Program-made: the position numbers and the translations under genes
Source: Macrostomum hystrix
Lineage: Eukaryota > Animalia > Platyhelminthes
NCBI GenBank assembly: GCA_950097015.1
Contig: CATNEN010000032.1
Coordinates: forward strand, 558,001 to 622,000
Direction: 5' to 3'
DNA: 64,000 bases
Shown here: one piece after another, positions 44,644-58,390 of the stretch
Layout: every line of letters begins with the position of its first letter
How positions within the stretch are numbered: the first letter of the stretch is position 1
Notes under the pieces: generated by a model
Told to the model about the DNA's origin: nothing
Database searches by the model: none
What the model saw: only the letters and a program-made list of their open reading frames with translations

Positions 44644-46103
44644 ATAAAGTGACGGATCCACAAACGAACGATAGGGATCGACTGGCATGCCGCCAGATGA
44701 TTTAGAAACTGCAAGTGAGGGGCAAAGTTAACAAATGCCAATGAAAATAGGTTGCTACAGTACTACTGAGCAGGAGATTAAAGTAGCATGATCGGGATGC
44801 CACTAAAAGTTTACACGAAAAATGAAAAAAAAACAGAAGTTAGCTTTCACATTGCCAGTAATAGTACATTCTGGTGTCCAGTAAATCCCCTTACAAACAG
44901 GCTTCAACTGTTTATAATGGCATGATATATATTATTTAACCCAACGCCGAAGGCGACTAACAGAGAGGGGTAAAAATGCTGAAAACTCTTCTTGACTTTT
45001 CATGTATTGTCTCTGCTTTTATTGCATTTGCTTGGCCAAACACTCACGCGGTGCACTGGTACACAATGACCCGAGGGTACGACCTGGGCCATATATTGAG
45101 CACACAGTGTGTAGAGGAAGTGTACACTTGTCATGTCCAATTTGTGATGAAAAATAGCACCCCACGCTCTAACATTGCTAGCTACAGATAAGAAAATAAT
45201 AGAATAAGTCTAGGTCTGATTGGAAGCCAAGCACAGAATTAAGCCTTGGAATCTAAAGGGTACTCGAGAAAGTGGATAATATGAGTCAACGCGGGGGACA
45301 CCAGGACAGAGGGGGGGTAAGACGGAGGGCTCGCAACGGGACGGGTGTCAGAAGGAAGAGAAAAGGGGAAGAGAGAGAGAGAAACAGAGGCCATGTCTTG
45401 GGGAGCCCCTGGAAGAGAAAACTGATGGCGGCTAGCGGGCAGTGGGCCACGCAAGGGTCCGCAGTACAGACTTTGTTATGAGGCCGCCGACTGGGAAGAA
45501 AGTGAGACAGAGGGGAGAGGGAGGGGAGAAGTGTGGGGATGTTGAGAGAGAGAGAAAGGACTTTGTTCCCATTCTGCCCTGCCGGACCGGGATAGACGTG
45601 AAGCCACCCAGAATTCAGTTGCCCAACACCCCACAATGCAAACTGGGGACAAGGCGGCGCGGCCAGTAGCCCCCCCAGTCCGGCCAGAGACCAGTACAAA
45701 GTCGCCGCGGGCATTTTAGGAGAAATTTTTAGAACGAAATAGAGAATGGAAGGCCAGTGGGTGAGAGAGTGAGAGGGACTAGGGGTGGGAAAATGCAATC
45801 GGGACGAGTGCGCGGGATACTGGAGGCTAGGCCCGGGTGCCATGTACGCCTGTTAGGCAGCAGCAGCAGCAGCGGCAGCAATTTGCGCCCCACTCCAATG
45901 GGAATTCAAAGAGCCCTTCGGGGTGGAGAGTTAGGACACAAGGGAGATTTGGATTTTGGGGGAGCGGAGCGGTAGGGAGGGATTTGACCCCCACCGCCAG
46001 GCGGGAAAGGGATAAGAGCCAGGGAGGTGTGGAAGCGGATTTTTTTGGCTTATAGGCGGCTGTCTGGACCGTTTGCGTTGTTAGTCCATTCCTCTGCAGG
46101 CTG

Positions 46104-46147
<44 letters not shown>

Positions 46148-49100
46148 CCCTTAACCCCGAAAAGCTTCACCTCAACCTCAAGTGGCGGGCCTGCTTATAA
46201 TTTTGGCAGCAAAGCAACGGCAAACACGCGAGAGAGAGAGAGAGGGGGGAAAGAGCGAAAGAGGGCCAATCAGTTCCTAGAGGGAAAGGCGGCACAAAAA
46301 TTCCTTCACCCCTGGATTCTCTCGCCTCCCTCTCTCTCTACATACATATATATACGCATACATAAGGCATAGCTATATATAAACTGGCCCAGTCCCCTCC
46401 CCAATGTACACGAATAGGCCGGTTGGCGAGCGTTCACCAGCCACAGCCCGCTTCCCAAATGTCTCACACTACGCCTTACTAGGCCTTTCAAGTTTGCTTA
46501 ATAAAAGAGAGAGAAGCCTTCGGGAGTGAGTGGGCGGTACAACAGAGCGGGGGAGAGACAAGGAGAGAGAGAGGGAGAGGGAGGGAGAGAAGTAGGAGCA
46601 GCACGCAAGCACGCGAGGGTTCTGCCTGACTGTGCGGCGACGCCCAAAGCCGCCTTAAAGCTTGTCCAGCCAGTCCCGCCTCCCAGAGCCACCACATCAG
46701 CCTGTGTGTGCGGGCGGTGCAAGTGAGTGCGATGGCACCGCGGGTTATTCTCTGTCCTCCATTCTCAGTCCTTAGCCACCCCGACTCCTCCCTCCCCCCA
46801 GGCCTCGATCAACGCCAACCGTCGCAGTGCGGTGTGCGCAGATGCCAGCCGCCTATGCCTCCTTCCAAGCAGAGGTCACATGATTTCAGCGTGGCCTTAG
46901 GATTTCATTGCCTGGACAAGGCTTATAGAAGAGTAAAATTTTCTTAGAAATCTAATAATGCTTTGTTATGATATCCGATAATTAGTTCATAGGTTACGCA
47001 GCATGACTGATAAGGCAATCGTTATTATTTATTTATTTTAGCACCAGCTCAATAGTACTAATCCAGTAGTATAAGATAGTAGATAGTTGGGGTGGTGGCA
47101 AGGTCAGGCACGAGGTACGTCACCTCACTTCCGAACACACATCTAGGGGGAGGTGGAAGGGGAGAGAAGCGCACCCTGAAAATCCCTACCCTTTTCCATC
47201 ACCATCTCCCTGTGTGCTTTTTCGCTGCTGTAAGGCGGCGAAAGGACGGGATGCAAGCGGGGAAGGCAGTCCAGGCTTGCCAGATTCTCAAGGTCACAGA
47301 AGCCGAAAGGCATTCTACTGAGAATAGAACACATGAACATGAGAAACACGTGGGCGAGCAAAAAACAAAAACTAGAGCGAAATTTTCCATGCCAGTTTTC
47401 GACTGCGGCCACAAACACGTGAAATCCTTAACGATAGAAAAATAATTATGACCATGCACTCACCGGGGTCAGCGTTCAATGGATTTCTCAAGTAGTCGTA
47501 TGGACCTCCCGGGCCATTGTAGGACACATCCCACGGTTGCGCCGGCTGCTGCTGCTGCTGCTGACCGCCAGGATAAGGCTGCTGCTGCGGCTGGTCCGGT
47601 ATGTACTTGTTTCCGAGTGCGCTTAACGAGCGAAGATGATCGCCCATGTGCAGCTGCCGGAACTGGCTAGGCTGCTGCTGCTGCTGCTGCTGATACTGGT
47701 GCTGGAACAGGGCATTGCTAGGGTAGGCGGCCGATGGAGAGTAGTAAGGCGAGCCGAACAGGCCGGGCATTGGGCCTAGGGGCGGTCGAGACGCGGCTGC
47801 TGCTGCAGCTGCTGCGGCGGTTGCGGCGGCAGCTGCTGCGGCAGCCGGACTGGGGTCCTTCACTCCGGCGGCGGCGGCAGCGGCAGCAGCGGCGGCGGCA
47901 GCTGCGGCCGGGCCGGAACTATCGTACCCGCTGGAGTAGCCGGATGAGTCGCTCCAAGCCGATGCGTCCAGCGGGGCCAAGGATTTCCCCAATGGCTGAC
48001 CGTTGACGCCGGCAAAGACGACGGGCCGGTCGAAGCCGGACGATGCAAAGCCGACGCGCTCTTTCTCCTGAATGCTCTGAATGTCTTCGAGAACCTCGTC
48101 CAGAAAGTCTTTGTTGCCGACGAAGCCGCCGCAGGCGCCGCTATTGTTACCGTTGCTGTTGCTGCCGCTGCTGTGACCGCTCGGCGCGTTGCCGTTGGGG
48201 CTGGCCGAGGAGTCGGCGCTTGGCGCACCGCCAACTGGATTGTCCGGAGAGCGAATGCCGAAGCCGCCCGCTTCCATATGGCAAGCGGTGGGCCTTTTCC
48301 TGCCGCTGCCATTGCCGGGGAATACCAGATCATTGATGGAGTGGCCCAGCTTCTGAGCCGGCTGTTGAGATCGCTCCTCTAGGAAATCGATCAGGTTTGA
48401 GTCCTGCTCCAGGTTGCTGATGATGCCGTCAATCTGGGAGTCTAGCTTTGGCCCGGCAGGCCCCAACGGCCCGTTAAGGCTTACGCCGCTGCCGCCGATG
48501 CCAATGCTGGGGCAGCCGGCCTGCGACAGGAAGGCGGTACCGACACCGCCGCTGGTGTTGCCATCGCTGTTTTCAAAGTCGCTGAAGCCATACAGACAGT
48601 CGGCGTCGTCAGCGTCATCGTCACCGATTCCGGCAGCTGCAGCTCCTCCCGCCGATGGGTCTAGCAGCGCAGACGGATCGGACGAGCCTTGCCGACGTCG
48701 TTGTCTTCGTCGTTTCGCTGTGGATGCGGCGGCGGCATTGCTATCGACGTCGGCATTGGTAAAGTTCATGGATGTGGCCGAAAACGATGTCGCTTGTTGC
48801 AATCGGACACTGTCAGACGCTGTGGCGTCGTTCTCTTCGTCTTCTTCAAGCTGATCATCCTCTTCATCGTCTTCTTCGTCTTCGTCATCATCGTCCTCGG
48901 CGTCTTCGTCATCAAAGGCCTCCTCTGGCCGAGGCGCAGTCGATGAAGCGCAGCCGCTGCCAGCGGATGCGTCCATGGTTGCGTTGGTATCCGGTTGGCG
49001 AGGCCGCCGACGCCGCTGGGCCAGGTTGGCCAGGATGGCAGGCAGTGGCTGGTCGGAGTGCAGCCGTTTGTGATGATTCAGCAAGCAGATCTTCTGGCGG

Positions 49101-50335
49101 CAGCGATAGTCGCAGAGACCGCATCCCAGCGGTTTCTCGCCTGTGTGCTTGTAGCTGTGAATCTGCAGAGCGCCGTGGGTTCGAAACGCCCGCTCGCAGT
49201 CCGGCCAGACACAGCGGAAGCTTTTAGTGCCGCCGTGAATCTCCATGTGCCGCTTCAGGTGGGTCTTCTTATAGAAGACGCTGTCGCAGTCGGCTAGGGG
49301 ACAATTGTACTGGCGCGGCTGAAGCTTGTGAAATTCGTCCTTGTGATTCTTCAGATACTTAGCCGTGCGAAACGCCCTCTCGCAGCCGGGCATGTCGCAA
49401 ACGTGCGGCTTACTGGGATTGTGCGTGTCCATGTGCTGCCGCAGGCGCAGCTTGGTGCTGAACCGTTTGCCACACTGCTCACACTGGTGGCTGCTGTCCG
49501 AGTGCACGGATCGGGAATGGTCGCGCATCTGGCTAAGGGTGTAGAACATCTGGCCGCATTGCTGGCAGGGGAATGTCCGCTCCCGGCCAGTCGTGTGCTG
49601 CGACAGCACGTGCCGATCTAGATTGCCGCGAAACGGACTGGCGAAGTCGCAGTGCGGACAGCGGAACAGCCGCTCCGGGGCGGGCCTGTCCACTCCGACA
49701 CCGTCGCCGACCTGGCCCAGCATGTCAGCGTGGGCGCCTTTGACGTGAGTTCTCAACGATGACTTGTTAGCATAGCCGCGGCCGCATTCGCGACACATGA
49801 ACTTGCTAGGCTGCCTGTTTGGCGAGGCCAGTGACTGCAGGTGCTGCTGCCAGCCGTGGGTTGGCTGCGGCTGGTACTGATCAACGTCGATGGCGTCAGC
49901 GTTAGCCAAGATTGAGTCAAGACCCTGCATTGGGCGCAGGTTGTCAGCAATCTCCTGACTGTCAACGCCAGCATCCGTATGCTCGTCTTCGTCAGCTAGT
50001 TCGTCGTCAACGCCTTCAATTTCGTCATTGGCAGGCGATGAAGCCGACGCTGCCGCCGTTGCCGACGCTGCTAAAGGACTTGCATTATCAGCTTCATTAT
50101 CAATAGGATTTGCTGCATTGTTGTCCGATACTTCCTCTTTTGGATTATCATTGATTTCCTCCGAGTTCTGCATCTCCTCCTCTTCTAGCTTAGCAGCCTC
50201 CTGCACTGACCCTTCTTTGTCAGGATCCGCCAGCTCAGAGTTGGCAGCCAGTTGAATAGGCTGGCTTAGCTCTGAGGCCGACAGAGACCGCTCGGGCAAA
50301 TCCACGGCTGCCATGGCTGGTTGAGCATCGGCCAA
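44401..50335 (-). CDS. C2H2 zinc finger transcription factor with 8 fingers, 2 exons (47464-50335, 44401-44708), about 1059 aa; last fingers ZFP91/ZNF692-like
   Basis: Eight Cx2-4Cx12Hx3-5H motifs, ending HTGEKPLGCGLCDYRCRQKICLLNHHKRLH. Acidic N-terminus and post-finger tract. The phase-1 donor CCCG|GTGAGT at 47464 matches the acceptor TTGCAG|TT at 44708, giving a Q/P/Y-rich tail to TGA. Upstream acceptor near 50352. Confidence 0.88.
46106..46143. repeat. (CA)n microsatellite within a G/A-rich intronic segment
   Basis: Direct reading. Confidence 0.95.
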
Positions 50336-53300
50336 TGTTTTTCAATCGTCCTGCAATGCATATTTTTAAGGTGGAAGTCTTAGCAAAACTCTAGTAATTA
50401 ATGGGCCCATTGCCTACAGATTCAACACAGAGTAGTTCAAATAATTTTCACGAGACGATTTTTCACTCCAATTAGGATAGAATCAATTAGCTCACAAGGA
50501 CCGGACCTTGATTCCAATAAATATATCTGCATATTATATTCATCTTTGGGTTGCATCTGCTCTAGAAAAAACTCTCAAAAAGCCACTAATATAGTCATGG
50601 CCATTTAGTGTTCATCTAAATCTAAATAAAAAATATATTCTAAAAACTGATTCACCTTTTGTCTGCAAAAAACTACATCTTATCAAAAACCAAATTAAAA
50701 AAAAGATTTTTCCGAAAAGTAAAAATCAGCAATTCAAATATTTTAAGCTGCAATATCAATGCACTAAATGGCACCTTTTCATTAAAAGTAGGAACTACTT
50801 TACTTGTTTACAAAAATCTGAAATGCCATACTTTTATTCTTGATAATGCCATTATTCTATCCTTATAACAACTACTTTAGAATAAGGTGTATAATTTGCA
50901 TTGCCTTGATGAAATATTTTTATAAAAGAAATAGGAATGTAATAAGTACTGTATTTTATAATACAAACAAAACATTTTTTTATATTCCAAAAATTAAAAA
51001 AAAATTTCCTAGTGAAATTAGTTATCAATATCATATTATGCATATTAAAAATGATAGATAGCAGATCTAAAAATATGGCCAGTTTAAAGAAAATGAAGCA
51101 AAAAATCAGTAATTGTTTTATTTATACCATCATTTATATTGTCAACATAATTTTTTTTCAAATCTGTAACACTTTCTAAAGTTAAATTACAATTTCCTTT
51201 TTTGTAGTTATTGCCAAATTTCTTTTGGAAATTTTTTTAGTTCTTTTGAACTATTTAAGTACATTACAAGTGAGTTCTGCCTAGCTCAAGAAGCATGCCA
51301 TAAAAATATTATACTTAATTAACATTAAGTGGGTGTAATATATAGGTTATAAAAACTAGTTTTATTGTGATTTATTGATGAAATATTTTGTCTCTGACAA
51401 AATATGGTTCTTGAAGGTAAGAGATAATGCAGTTTATTTTTCTGTTTTTTTTATTTGAAGTAGTTTGTTTACTTTTGTAGTTTTGTAGAAAATTCATATA
51501 TTATAAATTTTATGATGACAAAATACCAAGTCAATAATGGGTAGGCAATACTTGCTATAGACAGTCACTGTATATTAGTCACCAATAGGTTGACAAGAAC
51601 AATCAACAATGAAATTGTACTAATTCCAATTTTTTATAATGTTTTTTGTCTAAACATTATTGTTTCTAACAGAATATGATAATTTGTAATAAATTAATAA
51701 ATTAATAATAAATAAATCCAATGCTTCAACCATTGTAATTCTAATTAAGATGTTGGGAATTTAAATAGCTTAGGGAGAATACTTTGCTCCATTATATATG
51801 ATACTTAATTCTCAAATGCTTTATTAAATCCTTTATATAAAAGACATCAGTATCATCTAAAGAATAAATTTGGGTAGATAAGGTAGCCACTATTTACTGT
51901 ATGTCCATAGTGCACAAGGATGGGTGTACAATGGAAATTTCTGTCATCACTGAGTCTGGCCCTTGTACACATCATTCATCTTCATTTTTCAAGGGCTCTT
52001 CATTGTACATGTTGTACAGTACATGCATTTGCAACTAGACTACATGATTTTTTGTGACAATACTACATTTACTACCATAAAATGTAGTTACATTACATTA
52101 TATAATTTAGTTTCATTTTGTATGCTTTGCAAAGTTTCTAGCTAATTGTTTTGTAAAAATGTGTTACAATGCATTGTTTTCACAAGAAAGTAAAATTAGC
52201 ACATTAAAATAAAATTTTAAACTTGTTAGCAGTTGCATACAATAGTCAGACATTTTAAGCCATGCAAATATGTACCTGATTTTTTAGTCTTCACTTTGTG
52301 TTCTCATTTTCAAAATTTATCTTATCTTGGTCAATCTGACAGTCATTCTCAATTCTGGGACAGTAGGACAAACATTATTTTTAAACTATTTTGTTGGTTT
52401 TGTTGTACATTTGTCTATGTCTGTATCAAACATTGTTTTACAGCAAAATTATAATTTGTTAACTTGAGTCACACCATTGTACAACAGGCTAAAACTTAAA
52501 TTTATCTTCTATCATACCTGAAAAACCTTTTGCACTATATTGATAAATAGATTTTTCTTTTGTTCTTTGGTTCTTTGGTAAAGTTCTTTGGTAAATTGCC
52601 AATATCCAGGTTTTACCACCAATGCATCAATGCAACTCCTTTTAAATTTACATATAAGTTGAATACAGAATAGAGAACAAATAATCAAACTAAATTTATT
52701 GCATATTTTGTCACTTTTAGAAATATCATAAAAATGTATTACTAAAATTAAGTAGCATTATCTCTGTGACTAGTTTTATTAATTAATAATGAATATACAT
52801 TAGTCTTCTTTTTATCATATTATACCTGAAAAAGTGACATATTATTACTATCTAAGAACTATAGAAAAGTATTATAATTTGCTAATATACACACAGCCAT
52901 GGAAACTGCTAAAGTTCATCATGTATATACATGTCTAAGTACATCAACAAAAATAAAAGTTGATATATAATATAAAGAACTTTTTATAAAAAACTATAAA
53001 AAATATTATTCAAGTTATTTGGCCCTGGCCAATTTGCCACAGCATATACATTCTTGTGTTTCAGTGTGATGTGCAATAGGATATTTATGCTTTTTTTGAT
53101 CTACTCAGACTTTTGTATGTGCTTGCTTTCTAAAATCTACATTTAAAATGTACTCTAAAAAACTCTGATATATTTATAACTTAAAACATGCTTTACTTAA
53201 TTTTTAAAATAATTTTGTGACATAAAAATAACTTCCAAGAATGCCTGATTCGGATTTTTCTGCACACATTGAAGCTCTAGCCTATTGGTATGCACTAACA

Positions 53301-55309
53301 ATGGTTTAAAAATCATAAAAGTGACAAAAAATGAGGAGTGAGATGATTTGCAAGTAGCAAAGACCCATGAAGTGAGTAATGTTCTTCTTCTTTGGAATGT
53401 CTTCTTTGGAAAGCGATTAAGGACAAAAATAATTCGGCACAATCTCATGTAATGAAAAATAGTATTATGAAGTTACTAGGATCCAGTGTAACTGTGATTT
53501 GCAAGCCAAAATTCTCGAGTCTCTGATTCAAATGGCATCTAAAGTGTTTAAGAGTAGGGTATGCATAAGTTTAAATTAAGGTCTAAATAAAATTGTGTAA
53601 GCAACTAAGCTATAGACAATTAGAAATAAATCCTTGATGTGAAAGATGTTGGTGAAATCGCGATTGTAAGTGATCGCAACTTTTACGGTTTTAAATTACA
53701 TAAGTTTTAAAAATCACAAAATGAGTTTTTAAAGCGTGCGAACCGTTTTTACGAATCCTACGGCATAAATTAATAAGCTAGAAATATTTATCATGTCTAT
53801 CTGTAGGTTAAAATATTGTAATGTGAACAGATTTGATATGCACGCCGCGTGAACTGATTTCTTATACAAAAAAATAAATAATATACTTCAAAAGAAAGGC
53901 TGAAAAAAGCTTAAAAGTTGCTAAATTTCGTATTACATTTTTACACTATTAAGTTGTTCTACAAAAACACTGCTTTTCATTAATCAGCACTCACTTTTGT
54001 CGGCGTACATTTATTTGTGTTTGATTTGTTTTTCTTCTTTAATAAGTCGTTAAACTAATTGTTCAATCTTTCGGGGTCAGAAAAAAACGCTCGTGAATAA
54101 ACTTTTGGGTGATAATATATAAATAACTGGTCAGTCTTTTTTCGAACATCTTGTTTTAAAAAAAGCTGGAAAATTACATTGGTATGGTACGGCAAGTAAC
54201 ACGTTTTGTTTTTGTTTTGGTAAACTAGCCAAATGGACACATTGCGAAAATTGCAATGCAAGTATTTGCAGAAGGATGAAGCGACCAAGAGAGACCAGAC
54301 GAGAGGAGGAAGGCATCAAATCGTGGAAATAAACAGGTTTTTGGCATAAACCTAACCTAGTATTTTAATCTCAAGAGTGTTAAAGGTAAAAGTTCGCAGT
54401 TTTCACAAACAATCAATTTTTATACAGTTTAATTTGAAGTCAACGCTAATCAAAAGCAGTGATCGAGTCAATACTAATCGATAATTTTTGTGTCAAGGGC
54501 TAAAATAAAAAGTCATGAAGTTTTCCTAGTGTTCATTGTATTTTGTCTGCTCTAATTCAGAAAATGGGAATAATGATTATCTGACATGCGTTTGTTATAT
54601 TCTAATTTTTATTGTCTTCATTCTTATTTTATTGTCTTTGATTTTGAGTGGCTGTACTACGTCTGACATGACAGCTAGGATCGAGTGCTGCCTGGACTTT
54701 CAACATAAGGACGACGCATCAAATTAAAACTGGTTTTCTTGTCATTTATATAAACTTCAAGATGATCGACTTCTCGAAAACACATTCGTCAAATAACTCA
54801 CTGTAGTATTCGGTCCCAATCTGCAGTTACACATGAAGAGCCTGCGTACGCACTGCATATGATCGAATCCATTTGTTTGGGATATTCATGACGGGGGGGA
54901 AACAGACGGAATGCAGCGTTCGATTCTCAACCGTCTTGACTGGTTGTATTTCACCGCAGACTTGCAAGTGCATACGATAATTGTCTTGCGCCGCATTGCG
55001 GCAAATTGCTAGCTGTATGTTCTCTTTGTGCTGTCCAGCTTGGTCCTCTAAAGTGTTTATCGTAAGGGCTCCAATGGGATGATTTTCCCAATTTAATCTT
55101 GATTGAATTGTTCCATTGGAAGTTGTTCCATTGATTATTTTACTTTATATTATATTTAATAATTTATTTTCAGGGGGTTTAGTCAGGGACGTAAAGAAGA
55201 TATCAGTAAGACAGAAGAGCTCTGTAAAAGGTCTCCAAAAATATTCCTTTCTTCAAAAGAGTTTGCTAATCACAAGTACGAGTAATATCTCCCATACAAC
55301 ATACAACAT

Positions 55310-55508
55310 GTACATCTGGTGACACTGGCTGTACATCTGGTGACACTGGCTGTACATCTGGTGACACTGGCTGTACATCTGGTGACACTGGCTGTACATC
55401 TGGTGACACTGGCTGTACATCTGGCGACACTGGCTGTACATCTGGTGACACTCGCTGTACATCTGGTGACACTGGCTGTACATCTGGTGACACTGGCTGT
55501 TCATCTGG
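55310..55508. repeat. 21-bp minisatellite (GTACATCTGGTGACACTGGCT), about 9 copies
   Basis: Tandem units. Confidence 0.95.
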
Positions 55509-55624
55509 TGACACTGGCTGTACATCTTGACTAGTTGAGAAAAATTTGACAGCTGCAAAAAAATAAAATTTTTGTACTCGTACTTAATGCATATTACTAT
55601 TAGTAATTATTCGTCCTGATGTTC

Positions 55625-56070
55625 CTGAGTTCCTGATGTCGCCCATGTGCGCCCATGCGTGCTCGAATGCTGTCTCCCCGACATACACCGTGTGGTCGCA
55701 TCGGCGGCAGAACACGGTGTAGACGGCGTTGACGGAGGTGCAATTGATTCTTTCGCGAATGACTAACTTGACTGTCGTAGCCGCGGATCCTGGACAGACC
55801 GAGGTGAACCTGCAAAGCGTTGCAGGGCAGAAAGCCGAATTCCCATCGCTTGGTAGGGTAGAATCCCAGTTCCGTCAGCGCTTCATATTTGGTGTCGCTC
55901 AAGAATCGTCTGCTGTAACCCTGGCATCGTACGAGATTCGACATCAATTCGGTGCTGCAGGCAGCATCGAAGTCGGCCATCCGGGGGACAGCGTTGGGCA
56001 TACCTGACCAGCTGGGATTTCACAACTCCTTTGAATGTTCGCTTGGATGGTATGAGTCGCGGTGGAGAGG
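55625..56070 (-). mobile_element. Decayed Penelope-like retroelement fragment (RT C-terminus, linker, GIY-YIG endonuclease)
   Basis: Across several frameshifts: LHRDSYHP / TFKGVVKSQLVRYAQRC / DFDAAC..LMSNLVRCQGYSRRFL / GFLPCN / IRERINCTSVNAVYTVFCRRCDHTVYVGET / SIRARMG-HMGDIRN. Motif order matches PLE proteins. Confidence 0.8.
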
Positions 56071-56460
56071 GAGGGGGAGAGAGGGAGAGGGAGAGAGGAA
56101 TAGAGAAAGAGGGAGAGGGAGAGTGAGAGGGAGAGGGAGATGTAGAGAGGGGGAGTGGTAGAGGGAGAGGGAGAGGGGGAGAGGTAGAGGGAGAGGCAGA
56201 GGGAGAGGGAGAGGGGGAGAGGGAGAGGGAGAGAGGAATAGAGAAAGAGGGAGAGGGAGAGTGAGAGGGAGAGGGAGAGTGAGAGGGAGAGGAAGAGAGG
56301 GAGAGGGAGAGAGGGAGAGGGAGATGTAGAGAGGGGGAGTGGTAGAGGGAGAGGGAGAGGGGGAGAGGTAGAGGGAGAGGGAGAGGGGGAGAGGTAGAGG
56401 GAGAGGCAGAGGGAGAGGGAGAGGGGGAGAGGGCAAGGAGTGGGAGAGGGAGATGGGGAG
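56066..56460. repeat. Polypurine (GAGGGA/GAGA) low-complexity tract at the 5' side of the Penelope-like fragment
   Basis: Direct reading. Confidence 0.93.
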
Positions 56461-56977
56461 AATGCGGAACAGGCGCGCATCCACTGGTCTATGGCAATCA
56501 GTCGCTCAGTGCTGCATAATTAAATTTGTTCCGAACCCAAGAAGGAGGAGAGTTTGAAGGCGGTCAGCGGAGTTTATAAAAAAGCGAAATAAATGGGATG
56601 CTATGGGGGTAGTTTGATGTCATTTCGTCACACCGCAACTGACTTCGCTGTCAGGTTCCTTGTGACGTAATCAGGTTTGGACGCTGTTCGAAAATTTCTA
56701 CAGACTCCCCCTTGTCTCCGGGTCTCTAATGTAATTTTAGAGCCTGTTTTGTTTCATAACACAAACTTCCCATGTGGAAATCTCCCGGAGCAATCGGTTG
56801 GATTTGTTTCTAAAATTTCTAAAACTCCCAGATATATTTTCGTGTTGCGTTTCTTAGAAATCAGCGGATTTTCTTCACCCATGTTAAGCAGGTGTGAAGA
56901 GCCACTTCGATTTTTTCAAAATCTTTAAAGCTTAATATACTACAAGAAAGGTTCACTCAAAAAGAAAAAAACGAAAT

Positions 56978-58390
56978 GATTAATTCAGTGAACACGGATT
57001 TCAGGGAATGATTAATTCAGTGAACACGGATTTCAGGGAATGAGGAATTCAGTGAACACGGATTTCAGGGAATGAGGAATTCAGTGAACACGGATTTCAG
57101 GGAATGAGGAATTCAGTGAACACGGATTTCAGGGAATGAGGAATTCAGTGAACACGGATTTCAGGGAATGAGGAATTCAGTGAACACGGATTTCAGGGAA
57201 TGAGGAATTCAGTGAACACGGATTTCAGGGAATGAGGAATTCAGTGAACACGGATTTCAGGGAATGAGGAATTCAGTGAATACGGATTTCAGGGAATGAG
57301 GAATTCAGTGAATACGGATTTCAGGGAATGAGGAATTCAGTGAACACGGATTTCAGGGAATGAGGAATTCAGTGAACACGGATTTCAGGGAATGAGGAAT
57401 TCAGTGAACACGGATTTCAGGGAATGAGGAATTCAGTGAACACGGATTTCAGGGAATGAGGAATTCAGTGAATACGGATTTCAGGGAATGAGGAATTCAA
57501 TGAACACGGATTTCAGTGAATGAGGAATTCTGTGAATGAGGAATTCTGTGAATGAGGAATTCTGTGAATGAGGAATTCTGTGAATGAGGAATTCTGTGAA
57601 TGAGGAATTCTGTGAATGAGGAATTCTGTGAATGAGGAATTCTGTGAATGAGGAATTCTGTGAATGAGGAATTCTGTGAATGAGGAATTCTGTGAATGAG
57701 GAATTCTGTGAATGAGGAGTTCTGTGAATGAGGAATATTCTGTGAATGAGGAATTCTGTGAATGAGGAATTCTATGAATGAGGAATTCTGTGAATGAGGA
57801 ATTCTATGAATGAGGAAGTCTGTGAATGAGGAATTCTGTGAATGAGGAAGTCTGTGAATGAGGAATTCTGTGAATGAGGAATTCTGTGAATGAGGAATTC
57901 TGTGAATGAGGAATTCTGTGAATGAGGAATTCTGTGAATGAGGAATTCTGTGAATGAGGAATTCTGTGAATGAGGAATTCTGTGAATGAGGAATTCTGTG
58001 AATGAGGAATTCTGTGAATGAGGAATTCTGTGAATGAGGAATTCTGTGAATGAGGAGTTCTGTGAATGAGGAATATTCTGTGAATGAGGAATTCTGTGAA
58101 TGAGGAATTCTATGAATGAGGAATTCTGTGAATGAGGAATTCTATGAATGAGGAAGTCTGTGAATGAGGAATTCTGTGAATGAGGAAGTCTGTGAATGAG
58201 GAATTCTGTGAATGAGGAATTCTGTGAATGAGGAATTCTGTGAATGAGGAATTCTGTGAATGAGGAATTCAGTGAACACGGATTTCAGTGAATGAGGAAT
58301 TCTGTGAATGAGGAATTCTGTGAATGAGGAATTCTATGAATGAGGAATTCTGTGAATGAGGAATTCTGTGAATGGGAATTCCGTGAACAG
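56978..58390. repeat. Two-part array: 32-bp unit (GAATTCAGTGAACACGGATTTCAGGGAATGAG) to about 57515, then 16-bp unit (GAATTCTGTGAATGAG)
   Basis: Direct reading; most units contain an EcoRI site. Confidence 0.96.

Noticed and set aside
45200-47450. Short ORFs in the G/A-rich zinc finger intron
   Set aside because: Low complexity, overlapping on both strands, no domain or element ends identified
50400-54700. Short ORFs in the AT-rich block
   Set aside because: Composition and codon use differ from the real genes here; lengths fit chance
54700-56950. Hammerhead ribozyme near the Penelope-like fragment; also CTGATGA hits near 21125, 24595 and 61995
   Set aside because: None has CUGANGA, stem II, GAAA and an NUH site with compatible stems
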